Source: an uncultured archaeon (GTDB lineage Archaea; Thermoproteota; Nitrososphaeria; Nitrososphaerales; Gagatemarchaeaceae). From it: a stretch of 64,000 bases of DNA. Shown one piece after another: positions 17,246 through 26,201 of this stretch. A program made the position numbers and the translations under genes. Each line of letters starts with the position of its first letter. The stretch's first letter is position 1. Where the stretch lies: contig CAWCYD010000003.1 of the NCBI GenBank assembly GCA_963799775.1, positions 480,001 to 544,000 on the forward strand, written 5' to 3'. Under the pieces are notes generated by a model that saw nothing but the letters and a program-made list of their open reading frames with translations, did not search any database and had not been told where the DNA came from.

Positions 17246-19015
17246 TCACTTTTGTTTTGATTGGACGCGTTTTTGTAATCCATACATCTCGACCAGCTCC
17301 TTCACGGTCGTCGCGTCTTCCGGCCCCTTCTCGTCGCGTATCTTGCCCGTGAACTTCGGGAACCTCAGGGCGAGGCCGCTCCCCTCCCTCATCTTGTTCA
17401 TCGCCGCCGGGTGGACGGGGGAGAGGGTTATCTCCGAGGCGATCGTCTCTATCACGACCTTGGGCCTGTACCAGACGTCCGGCACCAGCTTTGATTCCAC
17501 GTTCGGCGGTCTGACCAGGCTCTCGTAAGGCTTCAGCAGCTTTGGGAACCTCTCCAAGTCCGCGTCTGAGAAGCCGGTCCCTATCTTCGTGACGCTCGGG
17601 AACGTCTTCTTCTCCGAGTCGTACGCGGCGAGCAGGTAGGCACCGTAGACTCCCGCCCTCCTCCCCCTGCCGTGGAAGGCACCGATTATCGCCAAGTCTA
17701 TCGTGTCGGTGAGCTCGCTGCTGTACTCGCGCTTCAGCTTGATCCAGCCGAACTCCCTGGCCCCGGCCCGGTATGTCCCGTCGGGCTTCTTCGCCATTAT
17801 GCCCTCGCAGCCCTCGGTGATCGCAAGCTCCATGAACTTCTCCATCTCGTCGGCGGTCTCCACCATCTTCGACGGCACGGGACGCGTGAACTCCGTCACC
17901 TCGACTATCCTCTGGAGCTCCGCCCTCCGCTTCAGGTATGGGAGCGACGTGATGTCCTTCCCGTCCACGTAGAGGGCGTCGAAGAAGTTGACGGCGACGG
18001 GGTACTTCTTCATGGCCTCCTCGATGCCGTGCTTCCTCCTCCTGTGCATGAGCTCTTGAAACGGAAGGTACTCGTTGGTGTCCGGGTTGATCGCGACCAC
18101 CTCGCCTTCGAGCACGGCGCGCTTCGACTTTACGTGGTCTCTTACGAAGCGGACGACGTCCGGGTAGTTGGCGGTGATCCTCTCGAGCCTCCTTGAGAAG
18201 ACGTCGACCTTCTCCCCGTCCTTGTGCATCTGGAGCCGCTCCCCGTCCAGCTTGTACTCGACGGCCACAGGCTTGCCTATCTGGTCGAGTATCGCCTGGG
18301 CCGAAGGCAGCCTCTCGGCGAGCATGGGCCTTATCGGCTTGCCGACCTCCAGGTGGATCTTCTCGACCCCTGCCAGGCCCTCCCCTGCCGCGACCTCCAC
18401 CACGTATCCGAGGTCGGAGGTGACGTTGTACGCCCTCTCGAGCGCCTTCCTGTTTGTCTTGCCCCCGAGGTGGGCGACGGCCACAGCGTCCAGGATGGTG
18501 TAGTCCGCGACCCCGAGCCGAAGGACGCCCATCGCGGTCCTGAGGATGTACTTCGCCTCGAGCGGCGTCGCGTCGTTCAGCAGGCTCACTAGCTCTCTGA
18601 GCTTCGACTCCACCGAGCCGCCGCCGCTCGTCTTCGCTATCTTGAGCAAGGACTCGTAGACCCTTCTGAGCGTGAGCGGCTCCGCGACGAGGGGCCCCTG
18701 CCTCGCGCCGCCGCCGGAGGAGAGCAACGCCTGTCCCGCGCTACCGATGTCACCGGCCTTGATGTACGCCTCTCTCACCTTCTCAGGAGACTTTCCTGAA
18801 GCGGTCGAAAGGGCCCGGAGCGCGAACTTCTCGGCGATGCCTAGCTCTATGCCCTCGTAGTCCGGACGGAGCTTCCCCTGCATGAGGTACACGAGGGTCG
18901 GGAGCTCGGCCTTGGGGGTCTCCTTGAAGAGAGAGGCAAGGATATCGGTCATCTCCAGCCTTCCCTGCGTGCCCTCCAGCTTCTCGAAGTATTCTGCGAC
19001 GAGCGAGTACTTCAT
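17246..19015 (-). CDS. lig: ATP-dependent DNA ligase
   Basis: EYKLDGER, EGIMAK, WIKLKREY, LRFPKF; last codons (copy D, 17246-17290) switch to AT-rich usage. Confidence 0.97.
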   Translation of the reverse strand: MKYSLVAEYFEKLEGTQGRLEMTDILASLFKETPKAELPTLVYLMQGKLRPDYEGIELGIAEKFALRALSTASGKSPEKVREAYIKAGDIGSAGQALLSSGGGARQGPLVAEPLTLRRVYESLLKIAKTSGGGSVESKLRELVSLLNDATPLEAKYILRTAMGVLRLGVADYTILDAVAVAHLGGKTNRKALERAYNVTSDLGYVVEVAAGEGLAGVEKIHLEVGKPIRPMLAERLPSAQAILDQIGKPVAVEYKLDGERLQMHKDGEKVDVFSRRLERITANYPDVVRFVRDHVKSKRAVLEGEVVAINPDTNEYLPFQELMHRRRKHGIEEAMKKYPVAVNFFDALYVDGKDITSLPYLKRRAELQRIVEVTEFTRPVPSKMVETADEMEKFMELAITEGCEGIMAKKPDGTYRAGAREFGWIKLKREYSSELTDTIDLAIIGAFHGRGRRAGVYGAYLLAAYDSEKKTFPSVTKIGTGFSDADLERFPKLLKPYESLVRPPNVESKLVPDVWYRPKVVIETIASEITLSPVHPAAMNKMREGSGLALRFPKFTGKIRDEKGPEDATTVKELVEMYGLQKRVQSKQK

Positions 19016-19168
19016 CAGCGGCCGTCGTGTCGGACGGCCTGACCGTTATAACCTGTTTTGGAAATGTCGCCCCTGCCCTCCAAACTTAAAACGCCACCCT
19101 GAACGGTGTCCTGGCGTGGAATTCTCGGGCGCCGCGATCGGCGAGCGGACGACGGATTCTCGGATCAC

Positions 19169-20494
19169 GTGAAACTCAAGAAAATGGAGAAAGTCGGGAT
19201 AGAGCACGTCGGCGACGACGCGAGGCACGGAAAGACCTTCAGCGCCTTCACTCTGTGGTTCGGCGCGAACCTCACCATCGCCGACTTCGCCCTGGGGTCG
19301 CTGTTCCTCGGGCTTCCCTTCTCCAGCATCCTCCTGGCGATAATCATCGGGAACATCCTGGGGGGCCTAATGGTGGGCCTGATGGCGTCTATGGGGCCCA
19401 CCTTCGGATACCCGCAGATGATGATCTCGAGGGCGGTCATGGGCCGCTCCGGAAACGTCCCCTTCGCGCTCGCGAACTGGATAAGCACGGTGGGGTGGTT
19501 CACGGTGAACATCATCCTGGGCGGCTTCGCTCTCCACCTCGCGTTCGGGCTCCCCTTCGCCGTGGGCGCGGGGATCCTCGTCATCGTCGACGTCGTCCTC
19601 GCCATCTACGGGCACGACATCATCCACACCTTCGAGAAGGTGATGTCGATCGTCCTGGGAGTGATGTTCGCAGTGATCATCGCGGTGGCCTACACGCGGA
19701 TGGGCTCCAGCTTCTCCACCTACGAGTCAACGGCGTCTTTCAACCCCTACTTCTGGGCGCTCGTCGTCGCTGTCGTCTTCTCATACCTCATGAGCTGGTC
19801 TCCCTACGCGAGCGACTACTCGAGGTACCTGCCAAGGACCACCTCGAGGCTGAAGCTGGTGGCCTTCACCACGGCAGGGGGCGCGATCGCGAGCGCCTGG
19901 GCCGAGCTGGCGGGTTTCTTCGTGGCGGTCGCCGCGAACAATCCAAAGCTCGACATGATCTCGGCGCTGCAGGCGGTCTCCGGGAGCTACGCCGTCTTCA
20001 CCCTCACCGCGATCGTCCTAGGGGCAGTGGCCGCCGACGCCCTGAACCTCTACACGAACTCTCTCTCCGCCCTCGTGCTGTATAACAAGGCCGGTCGCGT
20101 CAAGACCGTGTTCCTCGCCGGTGCGATAGGGTTCGCCTTCGCCGTGATAGGGTCCACTGACTTCAACACCTTCTACCAGAACTTCCTCCTCACTCTGGAC
20201 TACTGGATCACGCCTTGGATCGGCGTCATCGCCGCGGCCTTCTTCGTCAAGAAGATCAGGTCAGGGGTGGAGTCTGCTCCTCCGTTCCTGAAGACGGGAC
20301 TATCGGCCTACGTCCTCGGACTGCTCGTCTCCGTGCCCTTCATGAACCTCAGCTCCTACGTCATCGGCCCCTACAGCATCAACTACGTCGGGCCTGTAGC
20401 CAACCTGATAGGGGGGGCCGACATCAGCTACTTCGTGGCCGCGATAGCCGCATTCATCTTCTACGCCCTGATATCTCGACGGGACAAGCCTTAA
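19169..20494 (+). CDS. Purine-cytosine permease (NCS1 family)
   Basis: FTLWFGAN, GYPQM, SWSPYASDYSRY, NLYTNSL; many TMs. Confidence 0.9.
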   Translation: MKLKKMEKVGIEHVGDDARHGKTFSAFTLWFGANLTIADFALGSLFLGLPFSSILLAIIIGNILGGLMVGLMASMGPTFGYPQMMISRAVMGRSGNVPFALANWISTVGWFTVNIILGGFALHLAFGLPFAVGAGILVIVDVVLAIYGHDIIHTFEKVMSIVLGVMFAVIIAVAYTRMGSSFSTYESTASFNPYFWALVVAVVFSYLMSWSPYASDYSRYLPRTTSRLKLVAFTTAGGAIASAWAELAGFFVAVAANNPKLDMISALQAVSGSYAVFTLTAIVLGAVAADALNLYTNSLSALVLYNKAGRVKTVFLAGAIGFAFAVIGSTDFNTFYQNFLLTLDYWITPWIGVIAAAFFVKKIRSGVESAPPFLKTGLSAYVLGLLVSVPFMNLSSYVIGPYSINYVGPVANLIGGADISYFVAAIAAFIFYALISRRDKP

Positions 20495-20527
20495 TTCACC
20501 CGTTCGGGCGCGGTCCCTCCGATAGAG

Positions 20528-20899
20528 ATGGGCGGAACCAAGAAGAAGACGTTGGCGTCGATGGAGAAGTCGCAAGACGACAACGCCAACGCGGCTCCCG
20601 GTGGAGAACAAAAGGGTAAGAAGACAGAGAAGGCAAAGGGGCCAGGAGAGAGAAAGAAAGTCGACGTCCTCGTCCCGCGGTCCAGCGACCAGGAGCTGCT
20701 CAAGAACCTCGCCGGTCTAAAGGCAATAACGATCTACGGCGCTGCAAGGTCGCTCTCGGTCAACGCTGCCGTGGCAAAGCTTGTCATATCGTCTCTAGAG
20801 TCAAAGGGCCTCCTGAAACGAGTCGGCGGCTTTAGCGGCCACTACATCTGGACGCCAGCCGGTGTGACCGCGCCTGCGATTCAGGCGAAGACTGCGTAG
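20528..20899 (+). CDS. rps25e: 30S ribosomal protein S25e
   Basis: MGGTKKKTLASMEK...KAITIYGAAR...LKRVGGFSGH. Confidence 0.85.
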   Translation: MGGTKKKTLASMEKSQDDNANAAPGGEQKGKKTEKAKGPGERKKVDVLVPRSSDQELLKNLAGLKAITIYGAARSLSVNAAVAKLVISSLESKGLLKRVGGFSGHYIWTPAGVTAPAIQAKTA

Positions 20900-20911
20900 T
20901 CAACGGGGTTT

Positions 20912-21172
20912 CTAACCCTCCTCGATCCTCTCTTCCGTCTTGCTGACGCTGATGATGCTGTAGGACCAGATCAGCCCTCTGTCTTTGTAGGCCCTCATCT
21001 CAAGGCGCTTTGGGGAGTAGAAGCTGGCGCGAAGCGATTCTCTCGGGATGATCACTCCCTGGCGCCCCATCTGGTTGGCGAACGTCTCCAACGTCCTGAT
21101 GTCTACTATGTACTTGAACTCGATCTCTGGTCCCTTGGGTTCTTGAGGAGAGGTGTCTGTGTGCGCGTCCAA
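20912..21172 (-). CDS. Hypothetical protein
   Basis: 86-aa ORF with host-like codon usage. Confidence 0.55.
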   Translation of the reverse strand: MDAHTDTSPQEPKGPEIEFKYIVDIRTLETFANQMGRQGVIIPRESLRASFYSPKRLEMRAYKDRGLIWSYSIISVSKTEERIEEG

Positions 21173-21251
21173 GAATGCACTTGTCGGCCGCTCGTAGCCC
21201 GGTTAATTGGGTATGGAACAATGTTCCAGAAGCTGAGGGGCCGCGGAGCTC

Positions 21252-21647
21252 TTAGACTTGCGCGCCTGTCTCCGGGACAGGGGCCCCGGCGATCTGCACC
21301 ACGTCGCCCGCGGCAATACCTAGAATGGAGTCGAGACCTTCTTCCACCTTCCCCACGGGGTTGAGTGGCCGGTCGCTCTTTGCGTTCTTCAGGAAAATGC
21401 AGATCGAGCCGTTCGCCGCGAAGAAGGCAACGTCGCCTCTGGTGTATTCCAGCCTATGCTTCTCGACTCCGGTCTTTATCTTCGTCAGCAGGGTTATCAT
21501 CCCTGGATAGATCATCACCCTAGATGCGATAGGCATCTCGTCCAGCAGCGCCGTGACCGTGACCGGAGCTAGGTGGCGATAGAGACCGATCGTGAACTTT
21601 CCCTTCCCTCTCACAGTTGCGACGCAATCCACCTTGGAGACCGACAT
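21252..21647 (-). CDS. Cyclophilin-like fold protein
   Basis: RHLAPVTV, GDVAFF..GSICIF, NPVGKV. Confidence 0.8.
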   Translation of the reverse strand: MSVSKVDCVATVRGKGKFTIGLYRHLAPVTVTALLDEMPIASRVMIYPGMITLLTKIKTGVEKHRLEYTRGDVAFFAANGSICIFLKNAKSDRPLNPVGKVEEGLDSILGIAAGDVVQIAGAPVPETGAQV

Positions 21648-21819
21648 TCTTGGTTTTCTAACCGATGCATCGCCGGCTCCCTATTTATGCCATGATGGAG
21701 GCTCGTTTGGCTCGCTCCGTGTTCGGTCGAGACCTTGACCGGCGAGCTGCGCTTATCTCGCAGAGCACAAGACTTATACCACTTCCCAAAAAGGCCCTCC
21801 GTTCTCTAGGTACTTCTTC

Positions 21820-22116
21820 TTGGTGACAGTTGCAGCCTCTAAAGATAAGAAACGTGGAAAGCGCGCCGCAGAAGAAGGCTTCGAGATACTCATCGGCCCG
21901 CAAAAGCTCACCAGGTTCGAGAAGGCGAGGATAGTCGGAGCAAGGTCCCTCCAATTGGCGATGGGCGCCCCGGCGTTCGTCCCGATCGACGAGAGCGTCA
22001 GAGACTCGATCGCGCTCGCGATGATGGAGCTGGCCAGCGACGCCCTGCCGATATCTATCCGCCGGTCGCTTCCGAACGGCAACTCGCAAGACATCCCGAT
22101 AAAATACCTGCTCTGA
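21820..22116 (+). CDS. rpoK: RNA polymerase subunit K/Rpo6
   Basis: LTRFEKARIVGARSLQLAMGAP, LPISIRR. Confidence 0.95.
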   Translation: MVTVAASKDKKRGKRAAEEGFEILIGPQKLTRFEKARIVGARSLQLAMGAPAFVPIDESVRDSIALAMMELASDALPISIRRSLPNGNSQDIPIKYLL

Positions 22117-23386
22117 GCGGCGAGACTCGGTTCCGGTCGATTTCTTCGGGCTCTGTCAACTCTTCGGCTAATGATGCCTTGGAGCCAACTTGCCTGGCAT
22201 CTGCTCCTGGGATTACCGTAGTCGCCGGGTTCCCATTCATCGCTTCACATGCAGGCCCTTTCGCCTCCTCCTGAGAAGGAGGGTGCAGGGAACTGGCAAG
22301 CCTTGACAGCCCCCTATCCGCCAGATTGGCCACCGCGTTGCCGTCACGGTGAACCCATACCTTGCACCTCCCGCACCAGAGGTGTCTCTTGTGTCTGAGG
22401 TCGCCTCTCGCCGGTCTGCGGAGCTTCTCCCCGCATGCTGAATGGATGGACGATGAGCCTCTGGTCTCCGCCTTCGTCAGCTTGATGACGGTCACTCCCC
22501 TGATTGCCGCCTTGTAGCCCAGCATCTCGTACTGTCTTCTGTGAGGCCACGCGTTCATCCTGAACCTATAATCTCGACCTTTCCCGTTCCCCTTCCGATA
22601 CATCTTGTTGATGCCTGAGATGTCCTCGAGCGCCATCGCAGCTCCAATGGACCTCGCGCTCTCGACTATCTGGTTCGTCGCAAGATGGAGTATCTGAGTC
22701 GTCTTGTCGTTCGCCCTCTTCCAGTACTTTTGCGCGAGCAGTCTCCTGATTCGCATGTCGTCCCTCTTGAACGAGCCCAGGATCTCCCTGGTCGTCTGCT
22801 TCACCTTGACTATTCGTGACAGGTCGATTTCCTCGAACCCTCCCCGATCACCATACGTGAGGTTCTTCTCGTTCCTGTCCACACCGATCACCAGCCTTGG
22901 CTCGATCGACTCGACCTCAGAGGAGTAGCATATCGCGACCCTGTCCTCAGTGAGGGTCAGGCTCCTCATCTTGACGCCGGGTTTGGAGACCTTCGAGAAG
23001 GCATACGTGTTGAGCTGCACCATCTCGAACGTGTGATGCCCGAGAGAGACGAACAGCTTGCCCGTCACGGTCACGAAGAATCCCCTGACTATGCAGGCGG
23101 CGAGCTTCAGCGGCGTTCTATGTCTGACCCTGACGCCTCTCCTGTCGCTCTTCCACCTGCTTCTGAGGACGGCGCATGCGCGAGTGATCACTGCAACCTT
23201 GAAAGACGACGGGAGGTCCACGTCGCGGATCGATCGGTAGAACCCATTCATCTGTCCCCTGTTGTTGATACGGTTGCTCTCAGCGTACTGGATCGCGTTG
23301 TATGTCAGGGGCCTACACTGAGAGAGGATATCACGAATAAGAGCGCTGTCGTGAGGCTGCCACACGGAGAGCGTCGCGAGGGACAT
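22055..23386 (-). CDS. tnpB: RNA-guided endonuclease TnpB (ORF reads through right end)
   Basis: RuvC IGVDRN, ALEDI, HRDGNA; Zn finger HSAC...CGRC. Confidence 0.9.
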   Translation of the reverse strand: MSLATLSVWQPHDSALIRDILSQCRPLTYNAIQYAESNRINNRGQMNGFYRSIRDVDLPSSFKVAVITRACAVLRSRWKSDRRGVRVRHRTPLKLAACIVRGFFVTVTGKLFVSLGHHTFEMVQLNTYAFSKVSKPGVKMRSLTLTEDRVAICYSSEVESIEPRLVIGVDRNEKNLTYGDRGGFEEIDLSRIVKVKQTTREILGSFKRDDMRIRRLLAQKYWKRANDKTTQILHLATNQIVESARSIGAAMALEDISGINKMYRKGNGKGRDYRFRMNAWPHRRQYEMLGYKAAIRGVTVIKLTKAETRGSSSIHSACGEKLRRPARGDLRHKRHLWCGRCKVWVHRDGNAVANLADRGLSRLASSLHPPSQEEAKGPACEAMNGNPATTVIPGADARQVGSKASLAEELTEPEEIDRNRVSPLRAGILSGCLASCRSEATGG

Positions 23387-23419
23387 GCGCTGAAAAGTGC
23401 CTAGAGTAAATAAGCGCCC
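22149..23419 (-). mobile_element. TnpB-only (IS1341-like) element 1
   Basis: Left end GCAT|GGGCGCTTAT and right end GACAGAGCC shared with two other loci. Confidence 0.75.
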
Positions 23420-23513
23420 ATGCTGCCTCGGGCCGCATCTTGTCCTGAGTTGAAGACTACGAAGTCTTTCTTCGGTAGGCATAAATAGCCAAAGACCGGC
23501 GAACAGCGCGACA

Positions 23514-23891
23514 ATGTCAACCAAAGTCACCGCAAAACGACAGCCCAGGTCCAAAGACGAGGAGAGGACAGAATCTCCTTCCCAAGAAGCACCCGCAATG
23601 GCACCTATGCACGAAAGGGGGCCATCGAACCACATCTACGTGGGAAAGAAGCCAGTGATGAGCTACGCGATGTCAGCGCTCATCCAGCTCTCCCAAGCCG
23701 GCGAGGTCAACATCAAGGCAAGAGGCCTCGCAATCAGCAGAGCCGTCGACGTGGCGGAGATCGTAACAAAGAGACTGGGCAATGGAACCTTCTCTGTGAA
23801 GAACATCAACATCACCACAGAGCAAGTGAAGAGCACCGAGACAGGCGAGATGAGGAACGTCTCCTCAATCGAGATCCTAGTAGGCAAGTAG
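23514..23891 (+). CDS. albA: DNA/RNA-binding protein Alba
   Basis: IYVGKKPVMSY, KARGLAISRAVDVAE, NVSSIEI. Confidence 0.95.
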   Translation: MSTKVTAKRQPRSKDEERTESPSQEAPAMAPMHERGPSNHIYVGKKPVMSYAMSALIQLSQAGEVNIKARGLAISRAVDVAEIVTKRLGNGTFSVKNINITTEQVKSTETGEMRNVSSIEILVGK

Positions 23892-24011
23892 GACCACTGT
23901 CCAGAGCTCCAGTCATCTCCAAGAGCGAACAAGAACACTTGGCAAGAGAGGCCGCGCAGCCTAACGGAGGTTATGCCGCGGATTCGGGCCTGGCCAGTCG
24001 AGGGGTTCGAC

Positions 24012-24581
24012 CTAGAGCGTCCGCGTCATTATTATCACGTCGATGCTCTTGCCGCCTCTCCGGATCTTTTTCTCTACCACGCCCGCCTTGTTGAACCCAG
24101 ATTTCGCGTAGAGCTTCATAGCTGCCGGGTTTGTCAAGAGAACGTGGAGCTCGAGGGTCTTCAAGCCCGCTTTCTTGCTGAGCTCGACCAGGCAGGACAA
24201 CATCTCTGTCCCGATCCCCATCCCCCTGTAGCCTCTAGAGACTGAGATTCCTAGCAGGCCGTGCGTCGCTGTGGTAGGCAGCTCTCCGCGCACCACCTCG
24301 GAGTTTGCGACCAGTTGCCCTCCGACCTCCGCAACGACGCTGACCTCCTTGCCGCTCTCCATTGCGACCAGCTTGTCCGCGAGCCACCGCGATTCTTTCT
24401 CTCTGGTCACCGGGCCGCCGATCAGAGTGCCGAATCCAGGGTTCTTTCGTTGCTCTTCGACGAGCCCGCTCGCGAACCTGAGCAGTCCATCCAGGTCTTC
24501 CCACCTCGCTGCGCGGAGGGTCACAGGTTTCCCGTTGGACGCTGTGAACTTCCTGTAGACGCGGCCTGCCTCGACCGGCAA
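24012..24581 (-). CDS. GNAT acetyltransferase
   Basis: YRGMGIGT, N..AMKLYAKSGF. Confidence 0.85.
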   Translation of the reverse strand: MPVEAGRVYRKFTASNGKPVTLRAARWEDLDGLLRFASGLVEEQRKNPGFGTLIGGPVTREKESRWLADKLVAMESGKEVSVVAEVGGQLVANSEVVRGELPTTATHGLLGISVSRGYRGMGIGTEMLSCLVELSKKAGLKTLELHVLLTNPAAMKLYAKSGFNKAGVVEKKIRRGGKSIDVIIMTRTL

Positions 24582-24840
24582 CGGGCCTCGAAGAAGTTCG
24601 TGAGCGACATAACTCTTTTCATGAGATGCTGCGGCGCCCGGGAGGGGATTCTTCGGGCGAGAATTTTTTCTTGGACCTCGCAAAGGAGTTTTTTCTTTCC
24701 AGATTCGAGATACTTTTTCGCGGAAAAATTTCGTGCGGGAAATTTTTTTGGGAATATGTTTTTAAATTGAATGATGAGAGGATTGCGCAACAAGAAAATT
24801 GCCTGAAAATCGGGCGCAACCGGTGTCACGCACGCGGAAT

Positions 24841-26127
24841 GTGACACCCAAATTCTCTGACCAAGAATTATTCTATCTGGCCGAGAAGTTTGGAACACCA
24901 TACTTTCTGATAGACGAGGCGGCACTACGAAGGACTGTGAGCGAGCTCGAGCAAGCGTATCAAAAGTTCAAAGGGCCCTTCCGCATGGCTTACTCGATAA
25001 AGGCCAACTACAACCCGAGCGTGATCAAGACGTTCGTCTCGGAGGGCATCATGTTCGACCTGACCGCGAGCAACGAGCTCTACTTCCTTCTAAAGTGCGG
25101 CGGGTCCCCAGAGAACGTAATCTACACTAGCATCACCGAGACGATGGCCGAGTACGAGCAGATAATGAAGCTCGGCGTGAGGAAGATAGTCGTCTCCAGC
25201 TACAACGGCCTCCTCAACCTGATCGAGGCCAGAGCGAGGGTGAGCGAGGACATCGAGGTGCTCATCCGAGTGAACCCAGAGGTCAGCGTAAAGGCCGAGC
25301 TCAGGTTCTCGATCAAGCACGGGAAATTCGGGGTGCCTCTCGACTCGGCAGACGAAGACAGCGCGATCTCGCTTCTGAGGAAGATCCTTTCCACCCCGGG
25401 GATGACCTTCGACGGGTTCCATTTCCATCTCGGGAGCCAGATCGATGACCCGTCATGCTTTGCCGTCGCGCTCGAGAAGCTCGAGAGCTTCGTGCTTGGC
25501 GCGAGGCGGGAGCTCGGCGACTTTGAGGTCCGGACGATAGACATCGGCGGTGGGCTGCCAGCGCCCTACGGCAAGAGCGTGCCAACGGCAGAGGACTTTG
25601 CCTCACAGCTCTTCGAGCAGCTCAACAGCATCATCGAGAGCCTCGGGAGCAAGTTCACGCTGATCGTCGAGAGCGGGCGGTTCCTCGCAGCAGAGTCCAC
25701 CATCATGGTCTCACGCGTAGTCAACGTCAAGAGGTTCCAGGAGACGAAGTACGTCTACATCGACGCAGGCTACCACAACCTGCTCGATTCCGCCCTGCTG
25801 AAACACGAGTATCCTGTAGAGGTGATCCCAGGAGGGTCGTCCTCCCCGCGCAAGACGGTCCTTTCCGGGAGGCTGTGCGATGCCCTCGACATCTTCCCTA
25901 TCTCGAGCAGGTCGAAGCTGGGAGGGGCGGAGCCCGGCAAGCTCGTCGTCTTCCGAGACGTGGGCGCTTACTCCTTCGTTATCGGGTCTCAGTTCCACTG
26001 CCAGCCCAAGCCCTACATCTTGATGCGGACCACGCAGGGCAATCACGTCGTGGTCCGAAAGGGACATGACCTTGACGAGCTCTTCAGCGAGGAAGGCGGC
26101 GACCTCGCCAACCTAAAGCATCAATAG
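24841..26127 (+). CDS. Fold-III PLP decarboxylase (diaminopimelate/ornithine/arginine)
   Basis: YSIKAN, HFHLGSQ, DIGGG, ESGRFL, GRLCD, GAYS. Confidence 0.9.
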   Translation: MTPKFSDQELFYLAEKFGTPYFLIDEAALRRTVSELEQAYQKFKGPFRMAYSIKANYNPSVIKTFVSEGIMFDLTASNELYFLLKCGGSPENVIYTSITETMAEYEQIMKLGVRKIVVSSYNGLLNLIEARARVSEDIEVLIRVNPEVSVKAELRFSIKHGKFGVPLDSADEDSAISLLRKILSTPGMTFDGFHFHLGSQIDDPSCFAVALEKLESFVLGARRELGDFEVRTIDIGGGLPAPYGKSVPTAEDFASQLFEQLNSIIESLGSKFTLIVESGRFLAAESTIMVSRVVNVKRFQETKYVYIDAGYHNLLDSALLKHEYPVEVIPGGSSSPRKTVLSGRLCDALDIFPISSRSKLGGAEPGKLVVFRDVGAYSFVIGSQFHCQPKPYILMRTTQGNHVVVRKGHDLDELFSEEGGDLANLKHQ

Positions 26128-26201
26128 CTCGCTCGTGCCGCCAGAGCATCGGTTGAGAGACAGAGAACCCGATAGCCTGAAGTCCTCGCCTTGCGCACAG
26201 G

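Larger units (their letters stand above)
15613..17290 (-). mobile_element. Stack of three small inserts in the ligase 3' end (824, 391, 463 bp)
   Basis: Delimited by four ligase-tail copies sharing GAGATGTA; inserts are visibly more AT-rich than the flanks. Confidence 0.8.

Noticed and set aside
15571-17290. CRISPR interpretation of the ligase-tail repeats
   Set aside because: Spacers are hundreds of bp and coding, repeats vary synonymously, and no cas genes are present. No CRISPR array, tRNA or rRNA was recognised anywhere in the window.
18322-18334. GCATGGGCCTTAT similar to the TnpB left end
   Set aside because: Inside the conserved IRPML ligase coding motif; no right end or scaffold.
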